Shown here piece after piece: positions 24,162-36,117 of a DNA stretch of 64,000 bases. The notes under the pieces are model-generated. The model was not told where the DNA came from. It worked only from the letters and a program-made list of their open reading frames with translations, and searched no databases. The number at the start of each line of letters is the position of its first letter. The stretch's first letter is position 1. The DNA is from Octopus bimaculoides (lineage: Eukaryota). Where the stretch lies: NCBI RefSeq assembly GCF_001194135.2, contig NC_068990.1, forward strand, positions 52,511,266-52,575,265. Direction: 5' to 3'. A program made the position numbers and the translations under genes.

Positions 24162-27100
24162 CATTTTATTGTCTTTGCACAGCTTCTAATGCTGGAAATG
24201 TACTACGGTATCAGCTGTTCACTACCAGTGAACTAAGGGAACACCCCTTATTTTTCGAGCACCATCCTGAGTATTTGAGCGGTTCTAAGCAGTGCTGCTT
24301 TCTGAAAGTGCTCCACTCTTATTGCAGCCCCTATTTGTTCCATGTACTTCTCAAGATTTTTACTCACTGTTCCCAGGGCTGCAACAATTATTGGTACTAC
24401 TACCACCTTATTTCAGCGACCACAACTGCTTAACCTCCCAAGCTAACCTTTTATATCTATCAACTTTTCTTTCTTCCGTATTTCATACCCTGTTGTCAGC
24501 TGGGCATGCTATATCTATGATCCAGCATCATTTGCTTTCTTTCTCAATTAACATTATGTCTGGTTTCTTATTCTCTATCTCATGGTCGCACTGAATCATA
24601 AAATCCCATTGGATCTTTGCATTATCATTTTCAGTGATGCTTTTGGGTTTATGTTCATACCACTTTTTTGCTCTGTCAAGTCCATACTTGTTGCAAAGTG
24701 TCCAATGGACCATCCTTACTATATTGTCATAACGTCTCATATTCTTTCTGGGCTAGTGGTGTACATTCATTAGTAATGTGCCATACAGTTTCACCATTTT
24801 GTTCACAAATTCTGCACTTGTCACTTTCTGATGTGTTGTCTATTCTGTATTTCATGTAATTGGTTTTTAATGCTTGCTCTTGGGCAGCACAGATTAGAGC
24901 TTCTGTTTTCGGTTTTAAATCACTTTTAGTCATCCATAGCCATCTTTTTTCTCTGTCTGTCTTATCTTCAGCACACCTATGAAATTGTCCATGCATTCTT
25001 TTCTTTATCCACCTATTTTCAGTTTCATTTATTCTCAAGTCCTTGTACAGTGCTTTATCTTTGCAATCTTCTATCCTACACAAGCCTGACTGTCTTACTT
25101 CCAATAATAGCAGTTCTGTGGCATTTTTTACATACTATGCTATGTTGTTTTCTTCTGCTCTAATACTGTGTTCACATCCAATCAGTCCTCTTTCCCTTCT
25201 TTTTCTTGGTACATACAGTCTGTCTGTGTCACTTTTTGGGAGGAGTATCCCATATCTAGTCAGCAATTTCCTTGTCTTTCTGTCTAAGTTGCTTAGTTCA
25301 TTTACTGTCCATGTGATTACCCCTGCTCCATATTTAAGGAGTGAAACTGCCCAGGTGTTGATAGCTTCAATCTTATTCCGTCTGTTTAATTTTGACTTAA
25401 GGATGAATCCCAGTCTGCCCAAGTACTCCACCTTAAATTTTTCTGTCATTTCTTTCTCCATCAATTTATCCATTTCCAATATCTCCAAGTATTTATAGCC
25501 TGTCTCTCCTATCTGCTTTATAACCTCCCCTGACGGTATCACCCATCCATACATTTGATTTTGCCTCTCTTCAAGACTAACACACACTTTTTCAGTCCAA
25601 ACTCCATTCTGATATCAACACTGAAAGTATACACTATATCAATGAGGGAACTGACTTGGGATTCATCTTTACCATAAAGTTTGAGGTCATTCACAAATAA
25701 CAAGTGGTTGACATTTTGTTGGCAGCTCTTGAATACATACCCAGCCTTTGCTTTCCTCAGAATCAGTGTTAGTGACATCATGCATAATACAAAGATCAGT
25801 GGGGATGGGCAGTTCCCCTTTAAGGATGCCTCTCTTGATTTCTATTGTCCCTAAATTTCTTCCATATGCTGTCAGTTCCGTCTTCCACTTCGCCATACTT
25901 TTTCCAAGCAATCGCTCAATATTCAATGCAATACCAAATAGGTTCATACATTCCATAATCCAAGAATGTTGGATCATATTGTGCACCTTACGATAATTGA
26001 TTCATATCATGGCTTAGTTAGTTTTCTTCCATTTGCAGTCTCTAAGTACAGTTTTGTCTACCAGGAGTTGATCCTTGGTGCCTCTGCACTTACGCTTGCA
26101 ACCATGTGGTAGGACTCCATTTTTTCCCCAGATGTCCATACACTGATTCTGCGAGTATTCCAGTCAATAATTTCCCCATAAGTGGCAAGTAGGATATTGG
26201 CCTGTAATTGTCTACTGTATTGCTTTTTTCGGTGTTTTTCAAGCACAACACTGTCCTACCCATTGTCAACCACTCTAGTGTTACTTGATCGGCATTTAAC
26301 AAGGTGTTGAGTTGTGCAGCTATTCATGCAGGACATTCACCAAATCTTTTGATCCAGTAGCCTTGAACTCCATCTGGTCCTGGGGCCTTCCAGTTGCCCA
26401 TTTTTTTGCTGATTTCCTTCACTTCCCTAACTGGGACAGACTACTGTTTATCTCAGTTCTTGCAACCATTCAGCATTCTTCTTGTGCTTCTTGTCTTTGC
26501 TCCAGATGTCACTCCAAAACCTTTGATTTTCAATGTTATCTGGTATCAACTTTTCATCAGTACACTCTCCATTTATTTCTTTGTAGAATCTCTTCTGATC
26601 TACTCTGAATAACCTATTTTGCTGGTATCTCTTCATTCTTTGGTTGTATCGTACCATTTTTGGAACAAGGCGCTGTTTCAGTTCTTTTATTACCACTTTC
26701 AGGCCCTTTCTTTCAATATCATACTTTCTGTATTTTTGTTCACTTTTAAGCTCCCGCTTCTCTTGTCAGTCTAACACAGAAATGTCCTTCAAGAACATAT
26801 CTAACCCCGCCTGTATTCTTTTCCACTATGGATCTTTTCTTTTGTCACTCCCATTATATTTCTTTTTCTTGACATCAACACCCACATTTTCTGCTACAAC
26901 AATACTTGCTGCCTTGATCAAATTGTTTCTGTGATATTTTTTGTTCTGATATATTTCAGAATTTCTTTCACATTTTTCGTTTCTTGGTTCAATTTCCACC
27001 GATCAGCCTTTTTAAGGTTGGAAATAATGTTGCTATCATTCTCCTGTAGCCTTGCCTTTATTCTGTCGTAGATTGTCTTTTGCCCATCTGTCATATCACC

Positions 27101-27832
27101 ATTAATTTTATTGTCTTCTTCCAAACCCTCTATAAGTCTCTCACCGAGCAAGCTATCACTGTTCCTTTCCTGTGGTTTATTAGAGATTTCACCTCTGTTT
27201 TCTGCTATGAGATTACTTTTATCATTAGGAACTGTATTCATTGTTTCTTCTGTTGCTATTTGCCAATACCCGTCTTTTGATAGCTTCGAGCTCTACTTCT
27301 GTGAACCAACAATTTTTTCTTATTGCTCTAGTTTGATCAGATAATCTCTGTTCCATGAGTTGAAACAATCCTCTTTCTCTCCATTGATCATACATATCTT
27401 GTCGGTATCTCCTAATATGTACACCATTTTCATCTACAGGATTACTCAGGTAGTAACGCTCTATGACCACAGCATTGACTAGTTTGTTCCATCTATATCA
27501 TGTGTGCTGGTCCATTGCTGGATAATGCCTGGCTGGAGTCGGACCGGTATCTCTGAGCCTGCTGGGTGCAACACTGTCACCATCAAGGGCTTCAATTTCA
27601 TTACCACCGTTTTCACAATATTTTTCCTTTTTTATTGTCACTCATATGAGGTAGCGATTATCAGGTTGCACAATTACCAACCAGTGTTTTTATTGTGACA
27701 CCATTATTAGATGTATCATCAATCAAGACATGGGGAGATCCCAACTGCTTCCTTTCATTATCATTATCATCATCACTGATATTATTTGTCATTGTTAATA
27801 TTTCCTCTGATCCAACATGAGTTTTGGCTAAA

Positions 27833-27835
<3 letters not shown>
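24162..27835 (-). mobile_element. R4/Dong-clade non-LTR retrotransposon (RT plus restriction-like endonuclease), near full length, decayed, flanked by (TAA)n
   Basis: N-terminus YYLSNP..RYRQDMYDQWRERG..EQRLSDQTRAIRKN; [50 protein letters not shown]; CCHC-type CRICEQNGETVWHITNEC..LAQKEY; RLE WDFMIQCDH...KPDI. (ATT)n on both sides (24148-24161 and 27836-27872). Confidence 0.88.
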
Positions 27836-27873
<38 letters not shown>

Positions 27874-28187
27874 AGATGTTATTAAATGTTGTTAGTTTCA
27901 ACTTTTGTCTTGTAGTTGAGATAATCATAAATATGTGAGGGTTGAAGGTAGGAGGAAGAGAAGCAGCTCAGTGAATAGACCAAATTCTACAAGTCTGTAA
28001 ATACATTCAGCAAATGGTGAGATCAGCAATGGGCATTCCTGTGTGATAAAGAGGCCTCACACCCTTGGAGTCAGCAGAGGTCAAATGTGTTCACTACTAC
28101 TAGCAGTCAATGAAAGCACTGACCCTGGCCTTGTAAAGAACCAATTCACTTTGTTCTATTTTTAATTACTGATAGAGAAAAAAAAAT

Positions 28188-28447
28188 GCCTTGTGAGTGG
28201 ATTTGGTAGACGGAAACTGAAAGAAGCCCGTCATATATATGTATATGTGTGTCTGTGTTTGTCCCCCCAGCATTGCTTGACAACCAATGCTGGTGTGTTT
28301 AGATCCCTGTAACTTAGCGGTTCGGCAAAAGAGACCGATAGAATAAGTACTAGGCTTACGAAGAATAAGTCCTGGGGTCGATTTGCTCGACTAAAGGCGG
28401 TGCTCCAGCATGGCCGCAGTCAAATGGTTGAAACAAGTAAAGAGTAA
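28188..28447 (+). mobile_element. SINE family 1, 3' two-thirds, ending at an N gap
   Basis: Near-identical to the 3' part of 45540-46004. Confidence 0.9.
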
Positions 28448-28888
28448 NNNNNNNNNNNNNNNNNNNNNNNNNNNNNNNNNNNNNNNNNNNNNNNNNNNNN
28501 NNNNNNNNNNNNNNNNNNNNNNNNNNNNNNNNNNNNNNNNNNNNNNNNNNNNATATATATATATATATATATATATATATACTGATGTTCACATCATTGA
28601 ATTTTTGAATTTCTGAATTTTAATTTTTTCTTTTCATTTTATAAGTTTTGCTGTGGTTTACAGTTTTTGTAATTGTGCACTTTGTATATATTGGCAGGTG
28701 CTTACCTCCTTAATTTTTTTTTATCGTGCATTTAATTGTGTTGTTGCAATAAAAGGTATGTTCACCTATTCGAGTAGTCAGGGAGAAAAGAAAGATAAAA
28801 TTTTCACACAAAATTGTAGATATTAAAGTTTTAAAATTTTCTAGAGATGTTTTTCTTTCCTTTCCTTTCTCCCTGAGTATTCAAAACT

Positions 28889-29088
28889 GTAATTATTATT
28901 ATTACTATTATTATTACTAGTATTATTATTATTATTACTAATAGTATTATTATTATTATCACTAGTATTATTATTATTACTACTACTACTACTAGTATTA
29001 TTATTATTATCACTAGTATCATTATTATTACTACTACTAGTATTATTATTATTATCACTAGTATTATTATTATTATCACTAGTATTAT

Positions 29089-29135
<47 letters not shown>

Positions 29136-29145
29136 TTATTTATTT
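28889..29145. repeat. (ATT)/(ACT)-derived minisatellite with 18-24-bp higher-order unit, grading into (ACT)n
   Basis: Repeats of ATTATTATTATTATCACTAGT-like units followed by pure ACT repeats. Confidence 0.9.
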
Positions 29146-29799
29146 ATTTATTTGTTTGTTTTTTAAGACAATTCCATGAACCAGTTTACAACATTAATGT
29201 CATCAGGAAATGTATGCCTGCAACAACTTCACATCCTGTTTCTTCTATTAACCTGTTATTCTTTAACAGCAACCAAAGCTACATGTATTTAACCCTAGTT
29301 CAGCCTTCATGTAACAGAATTATGCTCAAAAACATTCCAGCAGTAACCATCATGCGTTTTTTTTGTTTTTTTTAATGCATAGTATATCTAGAATACACTA
29401 CCCAATGTGGTCTTTCTTCTACAGAGCAGTAGGAGGTCATTCAAGAGAGTTAGTTTCTATTTCTAACAGGTCTAATAATAACAAAGACGTTCCCTCATTG
29501 GTTTGTTAATTCTATAAAAAGAGCAAACATGACAGAAAGTACTTGACAACTGACCAAAAGATCAGTAGTTCAGGTCTCAACACTAGCACAATTGTATTCA
29601 TAGTCAAGACTTCCCTTACAATGGCATGGCCCATCTAATTATAAGTTAATAGTAAAGTTAGTATAAGGTGGCAATGTAATTAGAGACAGTCCAATATATA
29701 AAGTGATTTATTTTGACAAAAATACCAATTTAATTTCCTCGAAACTATGACAGACTCGGTTTCTAATACTGGAAGAAATTCTTTCTCTCATCCACTTAA

Positions 29800-30021
29800 C
29801 TCTATAGCATTCAAATTACTCTCTCAAATGTAATGTTTGTCTATTCACCTTTTTAAAAATTAATCATGTATTATCTTGTAGCTTTAAGATTTTGAAGATG
29901 TGACTGTTAACTTTTAGATTAACATTGTAGGGTAAATATGAGAGAGTCTGGATCAGGATAGCTTCTATAAAAGACAGGTAGAATATTTGGGCTGGATATG
30001 GCCTACTTAAATGCTAAAGGC
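29800..30021. mobile_element. piggyBac-type MITE (~220 bp), TTAA TSD
   Basis: TTAA|CTCTATAGCATT...AATGCTAAAGGC|TTAA; opposite-orientation copy at 36118-36336. Confidence 0.75.
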
Positions 30022-30412
30022 TTAAAAAAAAATTGGAGACAAACACCAGCCATATGTTTCCTTGAGATTCATAACCCATTATGAAGCATTACACTGTGTA
30101 ACATGAATTTTGTCCTTGAGTAGTAACTGTTATATCCTACTTGCTTATCCCTAGAAAGTATGAAAAATGGCTAATATTTCTTTCAAACTTTGCTTTTGTT
30201 ACATTTACTCAAGCCCCAAAAAATCCCTCTCAATGCATTGCTATGATGCTCCCTCATTACTCCTGCTCCTGATCAGAAATGCACATATTATCAGCCACTA
30301 AGGACATTCTCGAGTGATTAAGGTCAAGCAAATCTGCGGTATTGAGCAGAATAGTTGCTCCAATGATATCTCTGCTTCAGCAACTCAGTGCTGAATCTAT
30401 CTGAAATGTAAT

Positions 30413-30613
30413 TGTTATGTATGACCAGTAATTCCTGGTTGAAAGAAACTAATTTCCAGTCATAGTCCAAAACAGTGAAGCGTCATATAGTGTTATCCAC
30501 AATATTCTTGATTTAACGTGTTATTCAAAATGGCCGCTTTCTCTCTCTCTCTCTCTCTGATCATCAAATGTGCATGTCCTTTATATTCAAATCATAGCAC
30601 AATTTGCATAATA
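30413..30613 (-). repeat. 3' LTR of the Gypsy element (201 bp)
   Basis: Direct repeat of 33865-34072, preceded on the minus strand by a polypurine tract. Confidence 0.92.
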
Positions 30614-32875
30614 TTCACTCTCACCTAAAAAAAAATTTATAGATCAAGCCATTCCGGGGCTTTCCAAATTCTTTGAGATCAATGCAGTTGAGCGGATTCT
30701 TCTTTTTGTTTTAGAGGGTTGTCTCCAGGAGGCGAAAACATTTCAGTTAGATCTCTGTTTGGTTCTTGAGGGACCACAAACGTCTGGGTTAAGTCATCAG
30801 TTGGGTTAATTTTTCCTGATGATGCCAATTGTTTCATAGATAATGTGGTTTTGCAACTGTGCTTAACAAACGTGAGCATATTGGGGGTTGGCTTTGATTA
30901 AATCAACTTGGTCAACAAGAGGATCATACTTGCTAGTGCGATTGTTCCTTTGCACAAGCACAGGTCCTGGGCTGAGAAGCCATGATGGTATAGATGTTCC
31001 TGTAGCTGAACGTCTTTCATAGTTAAAAAGACGTTCATGAGGAGTGGCGTTGGTGGACATACAAAGTAGAGATCTGATTGAATGCAGCACGTCTGGAAGA
31101 ATGGTTTCCCATGAAGATACTGGAAGGGCATGAGTTTTCAAAGAGAGTAGTACTGATTTCCAAATAGTACCATTATATCTTTCTACTTGACTGTTCTCAG
31201 TGGGATTGTACGGTGTTGTCCTACTTGTTGCAATGCCCTTACTAAGGAGCCATTCTCTCAATTTTGTAGACATAAAGGCAGTTCCACGATCAGAATGTAC
31301 ATAACTGAGCATACCAAAAACTGGAAACAAGTATGTAAAACATCTTATCACAATCTGAGCTGATGTGTCAAATACTGGATAACCAAATGGAAACCGAGAG
31401 TATTCGTCAGTGGTTGTTAGAAGATAAGGATGCTTCATGGAAGGAATCAGGCCTTTGAAATTGATTGAAAGTCACTCGAATGGCTGCATGGTCTTAATTA
31501 ATTTAAGTAAGTTTGGTTTATAATATTGTGGTTTCACTTCTTGACATGGAGCAATTCCTACAAATTTGTTTCACGTTCTCCAATGAATATGGAAGATTTC
31601 TACTGCGGACGAAATGGTGAAGGTGTACTACACCAGGATGGCACAATATTGCATGTAACTCATGAAGTGAATACAAACTGATTGCTGAACAGCGTACCCT
31701 AGTGAATGCAACCGGAGTGATGTTACTGAATCCTGGGCGATAGTGAATATCAATCATATGAGTATGGAGATAACGCAATGCACCATCTCATAATTTTATC
31801 ATTTTTAATTTTACTTGTTACTTTATAATTATACATGAATGCGACAGAACATTGATCAGTAATTAATGTGAAATGTCTACCTAGAAGAAAATGTCTCCAA
31901 TAATGAATTGATTCGATAATTGCTAGGGCTTCCTTTTCAACAGAGGAGTGGTACTGTTCGCTACCTTGTAGCATGCGAGAATGGAATGCGACTGGTCTTC
32001 CATCTTACTTTAGTGTTGGAGATATAGCAAAATCCAAAGCATCCGTCTCAACAGTAAATGGAATGTTCTCATCTACTATTTGAATGGCAGCATTAGCTAG
32101 TTCTATCTTCAGTGACTCAAACGCTTTTACTTGTTGGCTGTTTAGAGGAAATTTTGATACATTATTGAGAGGATATTTTGTCAGAAAATTTGGAGATCCA
32201 CTTAGCATAATAAGAAAACATACTGACTATAAGCTTTAATGATTTCTGGTTGGTTGATGTAGGAAGATTGAGGAGTAGAGCAAGCCTTTCTGGGTCAGGG
32301 CTGAGGGTATTGTGTGAGATATGGTATCCAAGAAAGTCTAGAGTTGTTGTTGAGTAAAAGCATTTCTTTTCATTTATGGTGAGCCCCTCACTTTTTGCTG
32401 CTATTTCAAATTTTTCTAAATTCTTATCGTGGTCATTTTGATCTTTCCCACATATGGTTAAATTGTCCATGAATGGGAATGTATCTCACAGCTTGTATTT
32501 ACTCACAAAGTCATCCATTATACGTTGGAAACATGCACTGCCATTAGTTACTCTGAATGGCATCCTAGTAGACTGCCATAATTTACTGTTAGCTTCAAAG
32601 GCAGTGAATTGATCTTTCTCCGATAGAGGAATCTGATGGTATACTGAACATAAGTCTATAGTACTGTAGACCTTATACTTGGCGATGGTGTTTACTAACT
32701 CATCGATTTTAGGAATAAGGTAGGCATCAAGTTGCGTATGTACTAATTGTCTCTGAATAGTCAATCACCATTCTTTTCTTCTTGAACAACTAGCACTTGC
32801 GATCTCCAACAGGAGTTACTGGGCTCAATAATGTTCACTTCTGCTAGGTGGCATATTTCCATCTTGAACTCTCGA

Positions 32876-33790
32876 TCATGTTCCGAGTATTTTTGCTTTG
32901 TAAGTATTGTTCAGTATAACCAAGGAGTTTACTCGGAATGGTGAACCTACTGATGCTGATACTGTCAATCGTAGATCATATTTATCATCTTCATGTGTCA
33001 CTGTTGTTACGTTGCTCCTACAAAGTTTTCCAAAATGCCCTATTTTTTGGCATTTGTGACAGACTGCTTTCTGCACAGGACAACAACTCTGCAGGTGTCT
33101 AGAATAGCCACAAAACCAACATTGAGAGGGTTTTCCTTTTTGGATCACGGCAGAGTGTTCTTCTTCCAGTTTGGGGGAATCAATTGGCTTGGCTACGATG
33201 GGTGCTGTTGGACTGAAGTTGGCACACTCAGAGTTTGAAAAGACACTGGAACTCTGTTGCGCCACATCTAGCAAACGTGCTTGATCATAAGCTGTATTGA
33301 GGTCAACACTTTTGCTTTCTAATAGTCTTTGTCTTATCTGATTCAAAATGAGCACATTTATAAACGCATCTCGAATCATTTCAGATCGGTACTGCTCGGC
33401 ATTCACTGCAACAAAGTCACAGTCTTTCGCTAGTATTTTGAGTTCATTTAAGTACTGGTCTAGAGATTCTCCAGGTTTCTGTTTTCTTGTGGCCAAAAGA
33501 TGGCATGTCATTATGATGTTCTTTAGTTTAATATACACACTCTTAAGTGTATTTACAGCTTGTTCATAGTTCTTAACTTCACTAATGTATTCGTATACAT
33601 TCGGTTCTACATATTTCGTCAAAAGATTGAGTTTATCAATAATTCTACCTTCCTGCCCTGGTAGTGAGTCTATAAAGTTGGTGAAAGTTCTAAACCAATA
33701 ATTAAAAGTTTTGTCGATATTTGTGGAGTTTGGGTTGGCATTCAACCTGTTTGGTTTCAAGTATTTTTCCATATCTGGTATCCTTCCCAA
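32876..33790 (-). CDS. Gypsy Gag ORF (open, 304 aa) with two CX2CX4HX4C zinc knuckles, running into a truncated protease start
   Basis: CWFCGYSRHLQSCC and CHKCQKIGHFGKLC; RKQKPGESLDQY major-homology-like region. Confidence 0.8.
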   Translation of the reverse strand: MGRIPDMEKYLKPNRLNANPNSTNIDKTFNYWFRTFTNFIDSLPGQEGRIIDKLNLLTKYVEPNVYEYISEVKNYEQAVNTLKSVYIKLKNIIMTCHLLATRKQKPGESLDQYLNELKILAKDCDFVAVNAEQYRSEMIRDAFINVLILNQIRQRLLESKSVDLNTAYDQARLLDVAQQSSSVFSNSECANFSPTAPIVAKPIDSPKLEEEHSAVIQKGKPSQCWFCGYSRHLQSCCPVQKAVCHKCQKIGHFGKLCRSNVTTVTHEDDKYDLRLTVSASVGSPFRVNSLVILNNTYKAKILGT

Positions 33791-33864
33791 TTTGTACTTG
33801 TCTTTTCATTAATTTCTTTCCCTATAGATTATTCAACAAAGATTTTGAAATTAGTTTCTTTGAT

Positions 33865-34072
33865 TGTTATGTGTGACTAGTAATTCCGGCTTCAAAGAAA
33901 CTAATTTCCAGTCATAGTCCAAAACAGTAAAGTGTCATATAGTGTTATCCACAATATTCTCGATTCAACATGTTATTCAAAATAGTCGCTCTCTCTCTCT
34001 CTCTGATCATCAAATGTGCATGCCATTTATATCAAGAGAAGTCACTCAAATCATAGCATAATTTGCATAACA
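33865..34072 (-). repeat. 5' LTR of the Gypsy element (208 bp)
   Basis: Direct repeat of 30413-30613, with terminal inverted TGTTATG/CATAACA. Confidence 0.92.
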
Positions 34073-34209
34073 TTAATTTGCATAACAGTAATGGAAAACA
34101 GGTCAGTTTCAAAATATTGATATCCAAGGAATAGTAGTCATTACCTTGATTTCTAGATAGAAGCAAATAGGAAATAACACTCACTGACCAAAGACAAAAA
34201 AAAAAGAGC

Positions 34210-35160
34210 TTTGTTAGATAGTGCCAGTGCCACATAAAAAGCTCCCAGCACATTCTGTTAAGTGTTTGGCATTAGGAAGGACATCCAGCCATAGAAATCA
34301 TACCACAACAGACAGTTGGAGTTCGGACAGTTCCCTGCTAATCAGCTCCAAGTCAAACCATCCAACCCATGCTAGCATGGAAAGTGGACATTAAACAATG
34401 ATTGATGTTGTTGCAGAGAGTGTATGATATGAAGTGCAGGATAAATTCTACTTATGAGAGAACTGTTTCATCTTCATCCCCACTTCCACAGAGAGAGGGG
34501 GGGGGGAGAACAATATAAAGTTGCAGTTATAAAAGCACTAGTGTATTGAGAGAAAAGTTAGGCCATAAGAGGAATTATATGCAGTGTGCAAGAGAGGAGA
34601 TTGCACTGGTTTGATCACATGATTCAGATAGATGAGGACAGTTGCATAAGCAAGTGCTGACCACTTAAAGTAGAGGGAGGTTGTGGAAAAGGGAGATCCA
34701 GGAAAATATGGGATGAAGTACTGAAGGCTGATCTCAAAACACTGAGCCTTCCAAAAATATGACAGAGGACCAAGATATGTGGCACACTGTTGTATTCAAG
34801 AAAACCTGCCCACCACAACAGAACTGATATCCTAAAATCAAGGTGCCACATAAAGAGCATTGGTGTTGGTACTGGTGTCACATAAAAAAACACTAGTGCT
34901 GGAGTCATGTAAAAAGCACTAGTGATAGTGCCATGTAAAAAAGCACTGGTGTTGGTGTAACATAAGTGTATTGGAGAGAATGCCACATAAAAAGCACCCA
35001 GTACACTCTGTAAAGTGGTTCACATTAGGAAGGGCATCCAGCTATAGCAACCAAGCTAAAAAACAGCCTATAGAACTTGGTGTAGCCCCTGACCTTGCCA
35101 GTTCCTGTCAAACTAAAACCCATACCAGCATGGAAAAATGGACACTAGATGATGATGTTA
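34210..35160 (+). mobile_element. Two RTE 3'-end fragments (tail only, then RT C-terminus plus 3' UTR with ~32-bp repeats)
   Basis: GGCATTAGGAAGGACATCCAGC...TTAAACAATGATTGATG; then KVEGGCGKGRSRKIWDEV-like coding, repeated GTGCCACATAAAAAGCAC and a GATGATGATG tail. Confidence 0.8.
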
Positions 35161-36117
35161 GGCTTTATTTCTTTATCTCCTTTTTTGTCTTCCCTAACTA
35201 AAGGCATTGTCCAGTTTTCTTACTATCTCTAAGTTGCCTGAGATACACCAACACGTCATGTGTATTTGTATGTATGTGAATAAGTGAGGGGTGACACTAG
35301 ATAATGTAGTTCAATAAACTACAAAAACTGAAGATAGTGACAGCTGAAATGGCTTTGATTATAGATCTGCTGGGTCTAGGTTGACTTGGGCTAAACAACA
35401 ACAACATAAGTTGTTGTTGTTTTAGTGATATTCCCTGCAACCACTCCTCACAGTTAATTTTAATGTTTGTGACCTTTAAATAATAATCTGAAAACGAAAA
35501 CAAAAGCCATAAGAAGTAGTATAGTGACAACTTTAGCCTCTACCTTCTCTCCTCAGCACCATTCCAGTCAAAGAAAATACTGCTTTGTTTATTTTTCTTA
35601 ATATAATCAAATTACAATTTCCATAGTAAGACAGACTTGATTCTGCAATAAGGAGGTCACAGTTAAAAGTTATGAACATGATAGCCTTATATTTCTCCCT
35701 GTAAATTCAACTGAAAAGTGGGTTAGTTTGGAATTTTGGGGTGATGGGTGTTGTTTTGAAAGTAACAAGTAACATTTTATATGTATGTGTATGAGTGCCT
35801 ATGTGTATACAAATATATGTACGTACACACATGGTTGACAGTAAAGAAGTTTGCCTTGTAATCATGAGGAGCTATATTTAATGTTACCACAAGTCCCTTC
35901 TACAATTAGAGTCCTCTACCATAAACTCAGGCCAACTAAAGCATTGTGACTGAAGTTGGTCAGACTGGAATTTTACTGAAATCTGTGGCATTATCTTATA
36001 ATGACCCAACTCTGCCATATAGTATCATGATAGTTTTGATTGAATATCAGATTAACCGCACAAGAATCTATAGAATACACAATAATTTAACAAACTGTTT
36101 AAAATAGTGGTAATTAA

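Larger units (their letters stand above)
30413..34072 (-). mobile_element. Gypsy/Ty3 LTR retrotransposon (probably Mag-lineage), two LTRs, protease largely deleted, pol decayed
   Basis: LTRs at 30413-30613 and 33865-34072 (TGTTATG...CATAAC/TA); flanks GTAAT/TTAAT (5-bp TSD with one mismatch); PPT AGGTGAGAGTGAA next to the 3' LTR. Order gag(2xCCHC)-RT-RNaseH-integrase: LDAYLIPKIDEL, TIDL, TRMPFRVTNG, FLGYHI; ETDALDFAI, EKEALAI, LITDQ; HAILCHPG..C..S, DEYSRFPF, SDRG, ERYNGTIW. Confidence 0.95.

Noticed and set aside
28831-29079. Poly-Ile/Val ORF
   Set aside because: Translation of the ATT/ACT minisatellite.
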